Shown here piece by piece: positions 1 to 10,619 of a DNA stretch of 64,000 nt. Each line of letters starts with the position of its first letter. Position 1 is the stretch's first letter. Source of the stretch: an uncultured Chloroflexia bacterium. Its GTDB lineage: Bacteria; Chloroflexota; Limnocylindria; Limnocylindrales; CSP1-4. The position numbers and the translations under genes are program-made. The notes under the pieces are model-generated. The model was not told the origin of the DNA and ran no database searches. It worked only from the letters and a program-made list of their open reading frames with translations. The DNA lies in the NCBI GenBank assembly GCA_963828165.1, contig CAWHDR010000001.1, forward strand, positions 2,464,001 to 2,528,000, read 5' to 3'.

Positions 1-138
1 ACGCCGAAGCGTTGAATGATCGGCAAAGTGCATGGATCGAGCAGATCCTCGAGCTTCCTGCCAGTCGTGCGACTACCGGGCGACGTGCCCGGTGCGGTCT
101 GTGATCGAGCGGGTTGCTATTCACGCTGTGTTGATGTC

Positions 139-1606
139 GTGAGAGAAATCGCGCTTCCGCCCAACGCCCCGGCACTGCTTGCGTCGCTGCGGGCGATCGG
201 CTATTCGTTCGATTCGGCACTGGCCGACATCGTTGACAACAGCCTTGCGGCCGAGGCGACCAGGGCCGATGTGTGGTTCCCGCCTCGCATCCCTTTGTAC
301 CTCGCCATCGTTGACGATGGGCTTGGTATGTCTGCGGAAGGGCTGATCGCAGCCATGCAGCACGGCGGCGTCGGGCCCGACGAAGCTCGCGCCGAGGGAG
401 ACCTCGGCCGTTTCGGGCTGGGGTCTGAAAACGGCGTCGTTCTCGCAGTGCAAACGCCTAACCGTCGCGACAATGCATCACGGAAAACTGCATGGAGCGG
501 CCTGGGATCTCGACCGGGTCAAGGAGACGGGCGAGTGGACCTTGATGCTCCTGGACGAGGACGAAGTTGCGGCACTGCCTCATGTGGATCGGGTCCGTGC
601 TAACGGCCGCGGGACCCTCGTGCTGTGGCAGGAGCTCGACAGAGCACTCGCCGGCGAGGCGGATCCAGCCGATGCGTTGGGACGCCTCATGGACAAGGCC
701 CGATCGCACTTGGGCCTCGTATACCACCGGTGGATCTCTGCCGAATTGGGGCAGTCGAGGATCGTCCTTTCCATGAACGGATTGCCCGTCGAGGCGTCGG
801 ACCCGTTCCTCACCTCCGTCTCCACTGAGCAGCCATCCCAGAAACTGAACGTCGAAGGGAGGCAAATCACGTTCACTCCCTACATCCTTCCGCACCGGTC
901 TCGCTTGTCCAAGAAGCAGCTGGCCGAAATCGACGGCGAGGACGGGCTACGCCGATCTCAAGGCTTCTACGTCTACCGGCAGCGCCGTCTCATCACGTCA
1001 GGGACTTGGTTCAGGCTAATGCGGCAAGGCGAGCTCACGAAGCTAGCCCGCGTGCGCGTCGATATCCCCAACGCCCTGGATCACCTGTGGCAGCTCGACG
1101 TGAAGAAGTCGACGGCTACGCCGCCGCAGCAGGTCAGACAGGGCCTCCAGCAAGTGATTTAAGAATTCGGTCAGGGCAGCGAAAAGGTGATTAATCACCG
1201 CGGTTGGAAGGAGAAGAGCCCAGTTACCCGTCTCTGGGACCGCCTCGAGATGCCTGCGGGGGTGAACTACGCGATCAACCGGGGTCACCCGGCCGTATCT
1301 GCCGTTGCTTCGGGTATGACTCCTAGGAGCGCCCAATACTTCGACCGGCTCCTCGACGCACTGGAATTCACGATCCCGTTCGAGGCCATCTACGCCGACA
1401 TCGCGTCCGAGCGAGATCTGAAAACTGAGGCGCCGCCGGAGGATGTCGAAGAGGCGCTGAAGGCGATGCTTGATGCAATGGTCACGGCGCTTACCACGAA
1501 TTCGCAGGCCCTCGACAAGCTTCTTAAACAGGTCCCGACGATAGAGCCCTTCTCCAGCTATCCCGATCTTGCGAAGCAACTTCTCCAAGAGGTGCGCGTT
1601 GACTGA
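139..1606 (+). CDS. MORC/GHKL (HATPase_c_3) ATPase, MzaB-like; broken in this sequence by an indel (~422) and an in-frame TAA or compensating indels (~1160)
   Basis: GHKL motifs GYSFDSALADIVDNS, DDGLGM, DLGRFGLG(LKTASFSQ after removing one G), then QGFYVYRQRRLI and LARVRVDIPN..W.LDVKKS. Pieces are ORFs 16..603, 473..1162 and 1187..1606; GTG start at 139 inferred. Confidence 0.88.
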
Positions 1607-4284
1607 CACCGTCGCCGATCTGCTTGATCGGACCATCATGGCCTCGCTTCCGACAGATCGTAAGCCGACCGAGGCGGAGCTTCATGAGCGAGCGGAGGCG
1701 CTGCGCAAGGCCTTCCCTGTTCCGGATGATGTCTTCACAGCTGTCGTCAAGGCGATCGAGGCGCGGCTCGTGATTTCCATGGACATGGGCACGGTCCTGT
1801 CCAGACCGGACCATGTTCCTTGGCTGATGGGTAGGAAGGCCGAGATCGATCCGTTCTACTTCGAGCGATACCGTCAGTACCTGCCGAAGCTAGCCATGAC
1901 GCCGGCGGTGATCGGAACGCTCGATCGAGTCACGGACGAGCTTCTTGACATGTGCGGCAACCCGCACTTGGCTGGGCAGTGGAGCCGGCGGGGCTTGGTG
2001 GTCGGCGACGTTCAGTCGGGCAAGACAGCGACCTATACGGCCCTTACGTGCAAGGCCGCTGACGCAGGCTATCGGCTCATCGTCCTCATGACGGGGACGC
2101 TCGAGAACCTTCGCCGCCAAACCCAGCAGCGGTTGGACGAGGGCTTCGTCGGGCTCGACAGCTCAGACAAGCTGCAGAAAGCGCAGATCGCCAAGAACAA
2201 TGCGGTCGGCGTTGGCGTCATCGACAACCGGCGGGTCGCGGGCGTCTTCACCTCGCGGTCCCGGGACTTTAGCAAGGTCTTGCTGAACAGCCTTGGCTTC
2301 CGCCTGGATGCCTTTCAGGAGCCCGTGCTCCTCGTCATCAAGAAGAACGCGCGAATCATCGAGAACCTCCACAACTGGCTCGAGGCATATAACAGCGGGC
2401 CCGACGGGAGGATTGCCGCGCCACTGCTCCTCATCGACGACGAGGCGGACTCGGCTTCAATCAATACGGCGGACCCCTCGGGAGACCCAACCGCGATCAA
2501 CACCCGAATGCGAAAACTGCTGAGCCTCTTTCACAGGTCGACTTATGTTGGCTTTACGGCAACGCCCTTCGCTAACGTGTTCGTGGATCCGGACACGGAA
2601 GATGAAATGCTCGGTGATGACCTGTTCCCGCGCGACTTCATCTACGCACTCGAGGCGCCCTCGAACTACATCGGCGCACAGATCATCTTCTCTGACGAGC
2701 TGACAGGCGTCCTGTCGAACGACGACGCGAGGGACTGGTACCCGCCGAAGCACAAGTCGACTTACATTCCGGCGGGCTTGCCCCCGTCCCTGTCGGAGGC
2801 TATGCGGTCCTTCTTCGTCGCCTGCACCATCAGAGACCTTCGAGGCGAGCGCAGTGCGCATCGCTCGATGCTCGTCAACGTCTCGCGCTTCACTGCTGTT
2901 CAGAACGTGTCACGGGACCTGATCTACGAGTACGCGGCCGCCCTCCAGCGGGACATTCGCAACTTCAGCCAGCTGCCAGGCGACGATGCGATGCTCAACG
3001 GCTCCCTCGTTGACCTGAAGACCACTTGGCAGGAACAGTTTAAGGACGCGGGGACGTCCTGGCGTCAGGTGCGAAATCAGCTGCACGAGTCGACCTCCCC
3101 AATCACGGTGAGGTCAGTGAACCAAAGTGCTCCGGCCGCCTCGTTGGACTACACGAGTTATGGGTCTGGGCTCCGGGTCATTGCTGTGGGTGGCGACAGC
3201 CTCTCTCGAGGCCTGACCCTGGAAGGGCTGAGCACTAGCTACTTCTACAGGAATTCCCAAGCCTACGACACGCTAATGCAGATGGGCCGCTGGTTCGGGT
3301 ACCGGGATGGTTACGCCGACCTGTGTCGCGTATGGCTAACTGATGAGGCGGTCCACTGGTACTCCCACATCTCGATGGCCTCTGACGAGCTTCGCGCCGA
3401 ATTCAAGAGGATGTGGTCCTTGAATTTCACGCCCAAGGACTTCGGCATGAAGGTGAGGTCGCACCCAGATGCCCTGACCGTCACGGCCCGGAACAAGATG
3501 CGTTTCGCCGAGGACTTCGTCCGGGATATCTCCTTGTCTGCCAACGGCATTGAAACAGCGCGTCTCTTGGCGTCCGAGGCACAACTGGATGCCAACGCGC
3601 TGCGAGTTGAAGCATTCGTCGGTCGGATGGAGGCCGCTGGGCTCCAGGTCGAGGACTCCGAGTGGGGATCCAAGATATGGCGAGGCGCGCCAAAGGCCCT
3701 CGTGGCCAGCCTCCTTGCAGAATTCGAGACCCATCCGCGCGCAGTTGACTTCCAAGGCAAGGCTATTGCGAAGTTCCTCGAAGCGACCACGGTTCCTGCG
3801 CTCGACGTCTGGGACGTCGCCATGCCCCAGGGCAGTGGTGATCCTGAAGTGTTCGCCGGCATCGAGTTCAAGCCCCCCAAGCGATCAATCGTCGCAAAAT
3901 CCGGGGATTTGCTCTCTCCTCGTTTCTGGAGCGAAGGCGCGTGTAGGAAGTCGCGGAGTCGAACGAGAGGGCATGACGGAGGCAGAGGTCCGCGCCGTTG
4001 AACAGGCGAATCCGGGGCCCAACGTCTCGGACAAGCAGTATCGCCTTGGGCGCCGCCGACCGCTCTTCCTGCTCCACGTTCTAAGGGGTACGGCTGGCGA
4101 GGACAAGGCCCCATTCCGGCCGGCACCAGCTGCACCGCTTACAGCGCTCGGGCTGAGCTTTCCCGAATTCGACGACAGCGGTATCGCAGGTCGTGTCGAG
4201 TACAAGGTCACGATGAGGTTCTGGAAGGATCTTTTCGATGTCGAAGCGTCCGACGAGGTAACAGGTGCGGACGATGCTGATTGA
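1599..4284 (+). CDS. SF2 helicase/ATPase with Z1 domain (MzaC-like); frameshift ~3905-3920
   Basis: GDVQSGKT, LIDDEAD, GFTATP, SRGLTLEGL, QMGRWFGYR. TTG start after GAGGTG overlaps the upstream gene end; C-terminus continues in ORF 3550..4284. Confidence 0.9.
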
Positions 4285-5203
4285 CGGCGCCTGGGAGAAA
4301 GTCAGCACCGCAGCCTCCGATGGAGGCTACATAAGGATTGATCCCACGCATCCCGGGGACTTCTTCGCTGCCGAGGATGCCGAACGTCGCAAGGGTCTGG
4401 TGCTCTTGCTCGACATCGAGCCCCCGAAGCCCCCCAAACTTGAGTCACTCGAGTTAGCGATCACGCAGCGGCCCGATAGTCGATGGGTGCTGAGTGTCTA
4501 CCTACACTCAGGCGCCCTGCTTGCGCCATTCACCCAACTCTGTGAAGACCTGATCGCATCGAGCCGGGGCGTATCGCAGGATCGCATCGGATCGTTCGTC
4601 GTGGCGCGCCTTCATCGCTGGCAAGACCTGCTCGAAGGCGCATCCACGTGGTCGATGAGCAAACTGCGGGGCTTCCTCGGAGAACTCCGCCTACTCCACC
4701 TTGCCGCGAACACAGTTGGCGCCGAGACGGCCGTGCTGGCCTGGGCCGGCCCCTACAGCGCCCCTCAGGACTTCGCGCTGCCTGGGACATGGATCGAGGT
4801 GAAGGCGACATATCCCACGGCAAGAACAATTCGGGTCACATCGGCGGATCAACTGACTGCCCCGGGCGAACTGCTTCTCGCTGTATTCACGTTCGCGACA
4901 CTCGTTCCCGACCAGCAAGGAGTCTCGGCCGGCAGTCTTGTCACGGACTTCGAGGCAAGGCTGGCAACCGATGGACTCGCTGACAGCCTTCTGGAATTCG
5001 GTAAGCGACTGTCGGTCGTAGGCTTCGACCGGACCGCCGATTACGCGGCAGTCGGGTTCCGAGAGGATGCGTTGCACTTCTACGCAGTCGGCGGGTCGTT
5101 TCCCCGGCTCACACCTTCCGATCTCCCGGCCGGCGTTGCCGAATGCACGTATGACCTTGAACTCGGCGCACTCCCGCCATTCGAGGTCACCTCGCCTTTC
5201 TAG
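4274..5203 (+). CDS. PD-(D/E)XK motif protein (DUF4420, MzaD-like)
   Basis: RGFLGEL, W.GP..APQDF....IEVKAT and TSADQL motifs; coupled to the Z1 gene. Confidence 0.88.
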   Translation: MLIDGAWEKVSTAASDGGYIRIDPTHPGDFFAAEDAERRKGLVLLLDIEPPKPPKLESLELAITQRPDSRWVLSVYLHSGALLAPFTQLCEDLIASSRGVSQDRIGSFVVARLHRWQDLLEGASTWSMSKLRGFLGELRLLHLAANTVGAETAVLAWAGPYSAPQDFALPGTWIEVKATYPTARTIRVTSADQLTAPGELLLAVFTFATLVPDQQGVSAGSLVTDFEARLATDGLADSLLEFGKRLSVVGFDRTADYAAVGFREDALHFYAVGGSFPRLTPSDLPAGVAECTYDLELGALPPFEVTSPF

Positions 5204-5212
5204 GGAATCACG

Positions 5213-7291
5213 ATGGATCTCAACGAGTTTCGCGAATTGTTCCTGAATACAGTCGATGTCCGCGCGGCCAGTGAGGGAGACTTTCGTCACACGGCGTTCG
5301 TCGAGTACGCCTGCGAACAGCTCGGTGAAGCCGGCGAGATCAGCGACTACCAAGTGGCGTTCTATCGCGGCGTGGGGACGAAGAGCCGAGCCTTGGGTGT
5401 CGATGCGTACGCGTTCGACGACGCCGACTCCTCCCTGCGCTTGGTGCTGGCGAATCCCACCCATGCGGAAGCGGCCACCAGCTTCACGACGAGCGATATC
5501 TCGCCCCTCGTCTCGAGGGCCCTCACATTCATCGAAGACGCGATCTCTGGCCGGAGTCTATCGGCGATTGAGCCGTCTCTACCCGCTTGGGACCTTGCCA
5601 ACGACATCAACAAACGTGCAGGCGACCTGGCTCGGATCCGCGTGTATCTCATCACCGATGGGGTGCTCAAGGTTCGGTCGACGGACTGGGCTGAGGGCGC
5701 GATCGGAGCACTTCCCGTGGAGGTCCACGTGTGGGACATCGCCCGCTTCCACCGCATGGCGGAGTCCGTATCGGGGCGTGACGAGCTCGTTATCGACTTC
5801 GCAGCGCGGCAACCTGGCGGGTTACCGTGTCTGCCCGTGGCCGCGGGCAGCTCAGAGTACGAGGCGTATCTCCTGGCCGTGCCCGGCCCACTGCTGGCGG
5901 ACATCTACGACGAATTCGGAAGTCGTCTGCTTGAGGGCAACGTCCGCTCCTTCCTCTCGACGCGACCGGCCGTCAACAAGGGCATCCGCAATACCGCCAC
6001 CAACCAGCCGCACATGTTCTTCGCTTACAACAACGGGATCGCCGCCACCGCCAGTAAGGTAGAGGTCCGGAGCACTCCGAGCGGGCCGTCTTTGGTCTGG
6101 GCCGCGGATCTTCAGATCGTGAACGGAGGACAGACGACCGCGTCTCTCGCAACGGCGCGGCGCACTGAGAAGAAGGACCTAACTGGGGTCTTCGTGCAGA
6201 TGAAGCTGTCGGTTGTCACGGCCGAGAAGTCTGCCGAAATGGTCCCAAGCATCGCCAAATTCGCCAACAGCCAGAACAAAGTGAGCGAGGCGGACTTCTT
6301 CTCGAACCACGAATTCCACCGCCGCATTGAGGGCTTCGCGCGCCGAATTTGGGCCCCGGCGCCGGCGGGTTCCCAGCACGAGACGAAGTGGTTCTACGAG
6401 CGGGCTCGCGGGTCCTACCTCAACGCACAGGCAACGCTCACTCCCTCAAGGAGGCGGCAGTTCCTGCTAGAGAACCCGAAGTCACAACTCGTCACCAAGA
6501 CAGATCTCGCGAAGTCCGAGATGGCATGGGCGGGAGAGCCCCACATCGTGAGCTTGGGCGCTCAGAAGAACTTCCTGAAGTTTGCTGAGTCCGTTTCCAC
6601 TGCGTGGGAAAAGGACAACACACAGTTCCACGAGGGCTACTTCAAGGACGCGATGGTCCGTGTCCTCCTGTTCCGGGCCATTGAGCGCATCGTCTCGGAC
6701 CAGTCGTGGTACCAAGGAGGCTACAGAGCCAACGTCGTCGCCTACACAATGGCGAAGATGCCGCAGGCGATTTCCCACCAGTCCGCAGGTCTGACGTTCG
6801 ACTTTGACAGCATCTGGAAGAAGCAGGCGCTTCCGGATGTCGTTCAGCGTCAGCTCGGGATCGTGGCCAAGGCGATGCATGAGGTGATCACCTCCCCTCC
6901 CAGCCACGTGCAGAACGTCACTGAGTGGGCAAAGCGCGTGACCTGCTGGGAAAGGGCCAGGGAGATCGACGTCGATCTCATGCCGGCGTTTAGGCCCCTT
7001 CTCTTGTCAAGATCGAAGGCACGCGAGGCCGAGGTCGGGGAGAAAAAGCAGCAGAAGGTCGACTCGGGCATCGAAGCCCAGAGGAAGGTCCTGGAACTCG
7101 GCTTGGAGTTCTGGGGCGGCATGCGATCGTGGGCCAACGTACGGCAACTTCTGATCGGTGATGAAGACACCCTGCTCAAGTTTGCGTCCGGCCAAGGAAG
7201 CGGCTTCCCAGATGACCGCCAGAGCGTTCGCCTGCTACGGCTCAAAGAGAGACTGGAAGGCGAGGGCTTCGATCTCACGCGGCCCATCTGA
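5213..7291 (+). CDS. AIPR family protein (MzaE-like)
   Basis: LLEGNVRSFL, FFAYNNGI, QIVNGGQTT, NSQNKV..ADFFSN, WFYERARG; intact 692-aa ORF. Confidence 0.93.
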   Translation: MDLNEFRELFLNTVDVRAASEGDFRHTAFVEYACEQLGEAGEISDYQVAFYRGVGTKSRALGVDAYAFDDADSSLRLVLANPTHAEAATSFTTSDISPLVSRALTFIEDAISGRSLSAIEPSLPAWDLANDINKRAGDLARIRVYLITDGVLKVRSTDWAEGAIGALPVEVHVWDIARFHRMAESVSGRDELVIDFAARQPGGLPCLPVAAGSSEYEAYLLAVPGPLLADIYDEFGSRLLEGNVRSFLSTRPAVNKGIRNTATNQPHMFFAYNNGIAATASKVEVRSTPSGPSLVWAADLQIVNGGQTTASLATARRTEKKDLTGVFVQMKLSVVTAEKSAEMVPSIAKFANSQNKVSEADFFSNHEFHRRIEGFARRIWAPAPAGSQHETKWFYERARGSYLNAQATLTPSRRRQFLLENPKSQLVTKTDLAKSEMAWAGEPHIVSLGAQKNFLKFAESVSTAWEKDNTQFHEGYFKDAMVRVLLFRAIERIVSDQSWYQGGYRANVVAYTMAKMPQAISHQSAGLTFDFDSIWKKQALPDVVQRQLGIVAKAMHEVITSPPSHVQNVTEWAKRVTCWERAREIDVDLMPAFRPLLLSRSKAREAEVGEKKQQKVDSGIEAQRKVLELGLEFWGGMRSWANVRQLLIGDEDTLLKFASGQGSGFPDDRQSVRLLRLKERLEGEGFDLTRPI

Positions 7292-7463
7292 TGCCGCGTC
7301 CGATCCCGACCAAGGGTCACACTCGAGCAGATCTGGATGCGCCAAGATCTCCCCGTCCCTCGCAGCCAGGCTAGGACGGCGAGCTAGGTGTCACTGAGAC
7401 CCGAGCTTGAGCGGGCGAGGCAAAGAGCTAAAAGGCCGTCGATGAGGTTGCGCGATTTGGGGT

Positions 7464-7904
7464 CTACCCTCGAGGACTCGACTCGCCGACGGTTGGCGCG
7501 CAGCGGCGCCTGATTCTATGGGCGAGTGCGTCAATGCTCTGAAGCGGATCGCACTCCCAGATTGTCTCGACCTGCCATCCGTTCTGGCGGAGCTTCGCTT
7601 CCACCAAGGCGTCTCGATCCACATTGGCGTTGAGCTTGTTGCGCCAGAAGTCGACGTTGGTCCCGGGCTTAGTTGCGAGACGACAGTCTCGATGCTGATG
7701 CCAGAAGCAGCCGTGCACGAAGACGGCGGTACGAGCGCCCCTGAGAACCAAGTCAGGCTTCCCCGGAAGGCTGTTGACATGCAGCCGATACCGGATTCCG
7801 GCGGCGTGCAGCCTCCGCCGGACGCGCATCTCCGGCTGGGTGTCCTTGCCGCGGATGCGACTCATCATCCGACTGCGCGTCGCAGCATCGACGATGTCAG
7901 GCAT
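7464..7904 (-). CDS. vsr: Very-short-patch repair endonuclease
   Basis: RSRMMSRIRGKDTQPE, LPGKPDLV, FVHGCFWHQH, IWEC. Confidence 0.95.
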   Translation of the reverse strand: MPDIVDAATRSRMMSRIRGKDTQPEMRVRRRLHAAGIRYRLHVNSLPGKPDLVLRGARTAVFVHGCFWHQHRDCRLATKPGTNVDFWRNKLNANVDRDALVEAKLRQNGWQVETIWECDPLQSIDALAHRIRRRCAPTVGESSPRG

Positions 7905-9132
7905 CGGGGTGGTCCGGTCGACTGGAGGCCGTGAGCGACTCGAGCAGGGTGGCGACCGTTGCTAGAGAAGCCCTGTACGCATGGTTCGCGTACGCCGTCT
8001 CGATTAGCGGTCCCGGAAGAAATGGCTGGATTCGTGCCGACACCATCGCGGCGATAACCGATCCCGTGAGCCCTAGGTCCACAGTCAGCAAAAACTTGAC
8101 GGGGATGCGCGCCGCCTCATTCAGGACCTGCCGCCAGCGCTCCTTTGCGGTCGACTTGCAGGCGACCATACGCAATCTGCGTGACGGGAAGTGCGCGTCA
8201 TGGTATTCGGGACATCCTGGCACCAGGAAGTCCGGTCGCTCTCCGGGCTCCGTCTGGCACTGCTCCGTGAAGGGGATGCCCGAGGCACGCAGGAGCGTGG
8301 CGAAGTGGTTTTGGAGGCTCTGGCCTCGCCGAGATTTCCGAGACTGTTGGATGGACATTGCGAAGTCGAGGATCTCAGTCAGGTTCGGACGCGTCGCGGC
8401 CAGCTGTTCATAGCGGGAGCGTTGGACCTCGTCCTCGATCGCGAAGTAGAGGTCGGTCTCGGCCCGGAGTGCTGCAAATAGGTAATCGTCTGGATCGTTG
8501 GGACCTGCGCCGCGGTTGCGGGCGATCTCGTCTGCCGCTGAGGCCATTTCGCGGGTGTTCGGTACGGCACCCTCCCGGGACGCGCGATGGAAGAGGGCGT
8601 GGTCGGTTACGTCGTACAGACCGGCGGGGATCGGCCCGGGGATCGGCCCGTTGTGAGGGGTCAGCTGGCCGGTTATCAATCGTGATTCGGTTTCGTCGGG
8701 CAGGGGAACGTCGAGAAAGCGGAAACGCTCGCGAACGGCGTCTTCGCCGAGCTCGAGTGCGCGGAGGAGTTCGTGCTCGGGTTGCGTGCCAGCCCTTGCG
8801 ATGACCGCGCGAAGGCCATGGTCGTATCGATAAAGAAGGAGCAGGTCACCCTGCGCGGCGTGCGTCGGAATCACGTCGCCGACATAGTAGAGGTGCCACT
8901 CCGACCGCTCCAGGTTGCGCTCGCGGGCGTCGTAGAGAGTGAACACCGTTTCGTCGACAACCGGGGTCTCGCTTGTTGCGCGGAGAATCAGGATCCCGAG
9001 AGGACCGGACCACCGTTCCGCGGGCAGTCCGAGCTCCCGTCGGAGTTCGCCAGCGTGGAACTCGTGCTGATGCGAGCGCCCCGGATCGGTTTCGACGGCA
9101 GATAGGCGCTTGACCGCAATCCGAAGCGCCAC
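7897..9132 (-). CDS. Type II restriction endonuclease with EcoRII C-terminal-like domain
   Basis: RKSRRGQSLQNH, PDFLVPG, CKSTAKERWRQVLNEAARI; lies between the MTase and vsr. Confidence 0.85.
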   Translation of the reverse strand: MALRIAVKRLSAVETDPGRSHQHEFHAGELRRELGLPAERWSGPLGILILRATSETPVVDETVFTLYDARERNLERSEWHLYYVGDVIPTHAAQGDLLLLYRYDHGLRAVIARAGTQPEHELLRALELGEDAVRERFRFLDVPLPDETESRLITGQLTPHNGPIPGPIPAGLYDVTDHALFHRASREGAVPNTREMASAADEIARNRGAGPNDPDDYLFAALRAETDLYFAIEDEVQRSRYEQLAATRPNLTEILDFAMSIQQSRKSRRGQSLQNHFATLLRASGIPFTEQCQTEPGERPDFLVPGCPEYHDAHFPSRRLRMVACKSTAKERWRQVLNEAARIPVKFLLTVDLGLTGSVIAAMVSARIQPFLPGPLIETAYANHAYRASLATVATLLESLTASSRPDHPDA

Positions 9133-9136
9133 GGCG

Positions 9137-10248
9137 TCAACTCGCGGCGGCGAGGCTCGCCCCCGTGCCGATCTGGGAGACGAGGGCCACGGCCAAATGG
9201 CGGATCACGGGAACGACGACGGAGTTCCCGAACTGGCGATACGCCTGTGTATCCGAGACCGGGATGACAAAGCGCTGGTGCACGCCTGCCGCAGGCAACT
9301 CCACCGACTGTACCTGGTACGGGTCCGGGAAGCCCATCAGGCGGGCGCATTCATGCGGTGTGAGACGGCGCGGTAGCCGCGCCGGCCGTGTTGACGAGGA
9401 TCTCCGAGCCATCCTTGTAGTAGCGGGCGCTCAGGGTGCGCGCGACGTCGTCGGCCCCACTAAGCCGAAGCCGAAGCCGTTTCCTGCCGCCCGTGCTTCT
9501 CCGCGTAGCCTGCAGATAAGTCCACAGGTGTGGCTCAGGATGTACTTACGCTACGACCCACGAGGATGGAGGCTGTCGCGGAGGACAGGCCGACGAGTCG
9601 CTGGTATCGGGGGAAATTCGAACCGCGGCCGCCAAAGACCTCGCGCCGCAGGCCGACGATGAATATCCGCTCGCGATGCTGCGGCACCCAAGATGCTGCG
9701 TCCACGAGGCTGTGGCTGACTTCGTAGCCGAGTCGTCGAGCTCGGCCAAGATGACTGGAACGTACGTCCGCTGTCGTGCGAGCGCAGGTTCTTGACGTTC
9801 TCAAGGAAAAGGACCGGCGGCTTCGTGGCTTCGGCGAGCGGACGATTTCAAAGAAGAGGGTGCCACTCTTCTCGTCGACGAAGCCATGCTCCCGCCCGAG
9901 ACTGGCTTTCTTCGACACACCGGCGATGCTGAACGGCTGACACGGGAATCCTGCCGCAAGGACGCCGTATGCGGGCAGGGTGGCTGGGTCCACCGCGCGA
10001 ACGTCTGCCTCGTCGATCGGCCCGAAGTTGGCGGCATAGGTCACCTGGGCGTGACGGTCAATCTCGACCGAATATGCGCACTGACCGCCAGCCTGTTCGA
10101 GGCCGAGCCGCAGGCCGCCGATGCCGGCAAACAGGTCGATGAAGCGAAATGCGGGCTCACCGCCGAGTGGGCGCTGCCAGAGGGTCGGGAACATGCGTTC
10201 CTCCGGGATCGGGGCGGGATCGGTGAGCTGATGGTCGACAGATGCCAT
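9137..10248 (-). CDS. dcm: DNA (cytosine-5)-methyltransferase, Dcm/M.EcoRII-like; many indels between ~9380 and 9840
   Basis: [83 protein letters not shown] spread over several frames. Confidence 0.88.
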
Positions 10249-10249
10249 G

Positions 10250-10501
10250 TCAGCTAGCCTGTCGCTCGTCGCCGAGCAGCTCGAGCGACAACTGATTCGT
10301 CGGTGTTCGACGGGCCTGACTTCGCGGTCGACGACCGGGTTTACCTCTCGAGGCTTCGGCATACCGCCGGACCTCGTCCTCGTCGACCGTCCAGTCGCGT
10401 CCGACCTTGATACCCTCGAGGCTCCCGTTCCGGATCTGGTGTCGCAGCGTCGCTGTCGCCACGCCTAGGCTTTCTGCGGCTTCGGTCAGAGTCACTGCCA
10501 C
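10250..10501 (-). CDS. Excisionase-like (HTH_17/MerR-type) DNA-binding protein, first gene of the RM operon
   Basis: TLTEAAESLGVATATLRHQIRNGSLEGIKVGRDW; stop lies 1 nt before the dcm ATG. Confidence 0.85.
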   Translation of the reverse strand: MAVTLTEAAESLGVATATLRHQIRNGSLEGIKVGRDWTVDEDEVRRYAEASRGKPGRRPRSQARRTPTNQLSLELLGDERQAS

Positions 10502-10503
10502 TC

Positions 10504-10537
10504 GACTAATCTACACGGATGCGTGTAGATTAGTCAA
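10504..10537 (-). promoter_or_regulatory. Sigma70-type leaderless promoter overlapped by a perfect 14-bp inverted repeat (putative operator)
   Basis: Minus strand TTGACT-N18-TAGATT-N6-GTG; GACTAATCTACACG-gatg-CGTGTAGATTAGTC at 10504-10535. Confidence 0.75.
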
Positions 10538-10619
10538 TGGGCCCTTGTGTGGGTAGTGGGGCAGTTTGACTCTGCGCGCAACCAGTTAGGCTGTCCAGCG
10601 TCATTGTCGGAGGGGATCG

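Noticed and set aside
1-130. Possible divergent gene start on the minus strand at the left edge
   Set aside because: Too short to assign; no recognisable motif.
1155-1190. Programmed stop read-through in the MORC ATPase
   Set aside because: The stop is TAA, no recoding signal is visible, and nearby indel errors explain it more simply.
10250-10501. Prophage/ICE excisionase
   Set aside because: No integrase, att site or phage genes nearby; its position at the head of the RM operon fits a regulator better.
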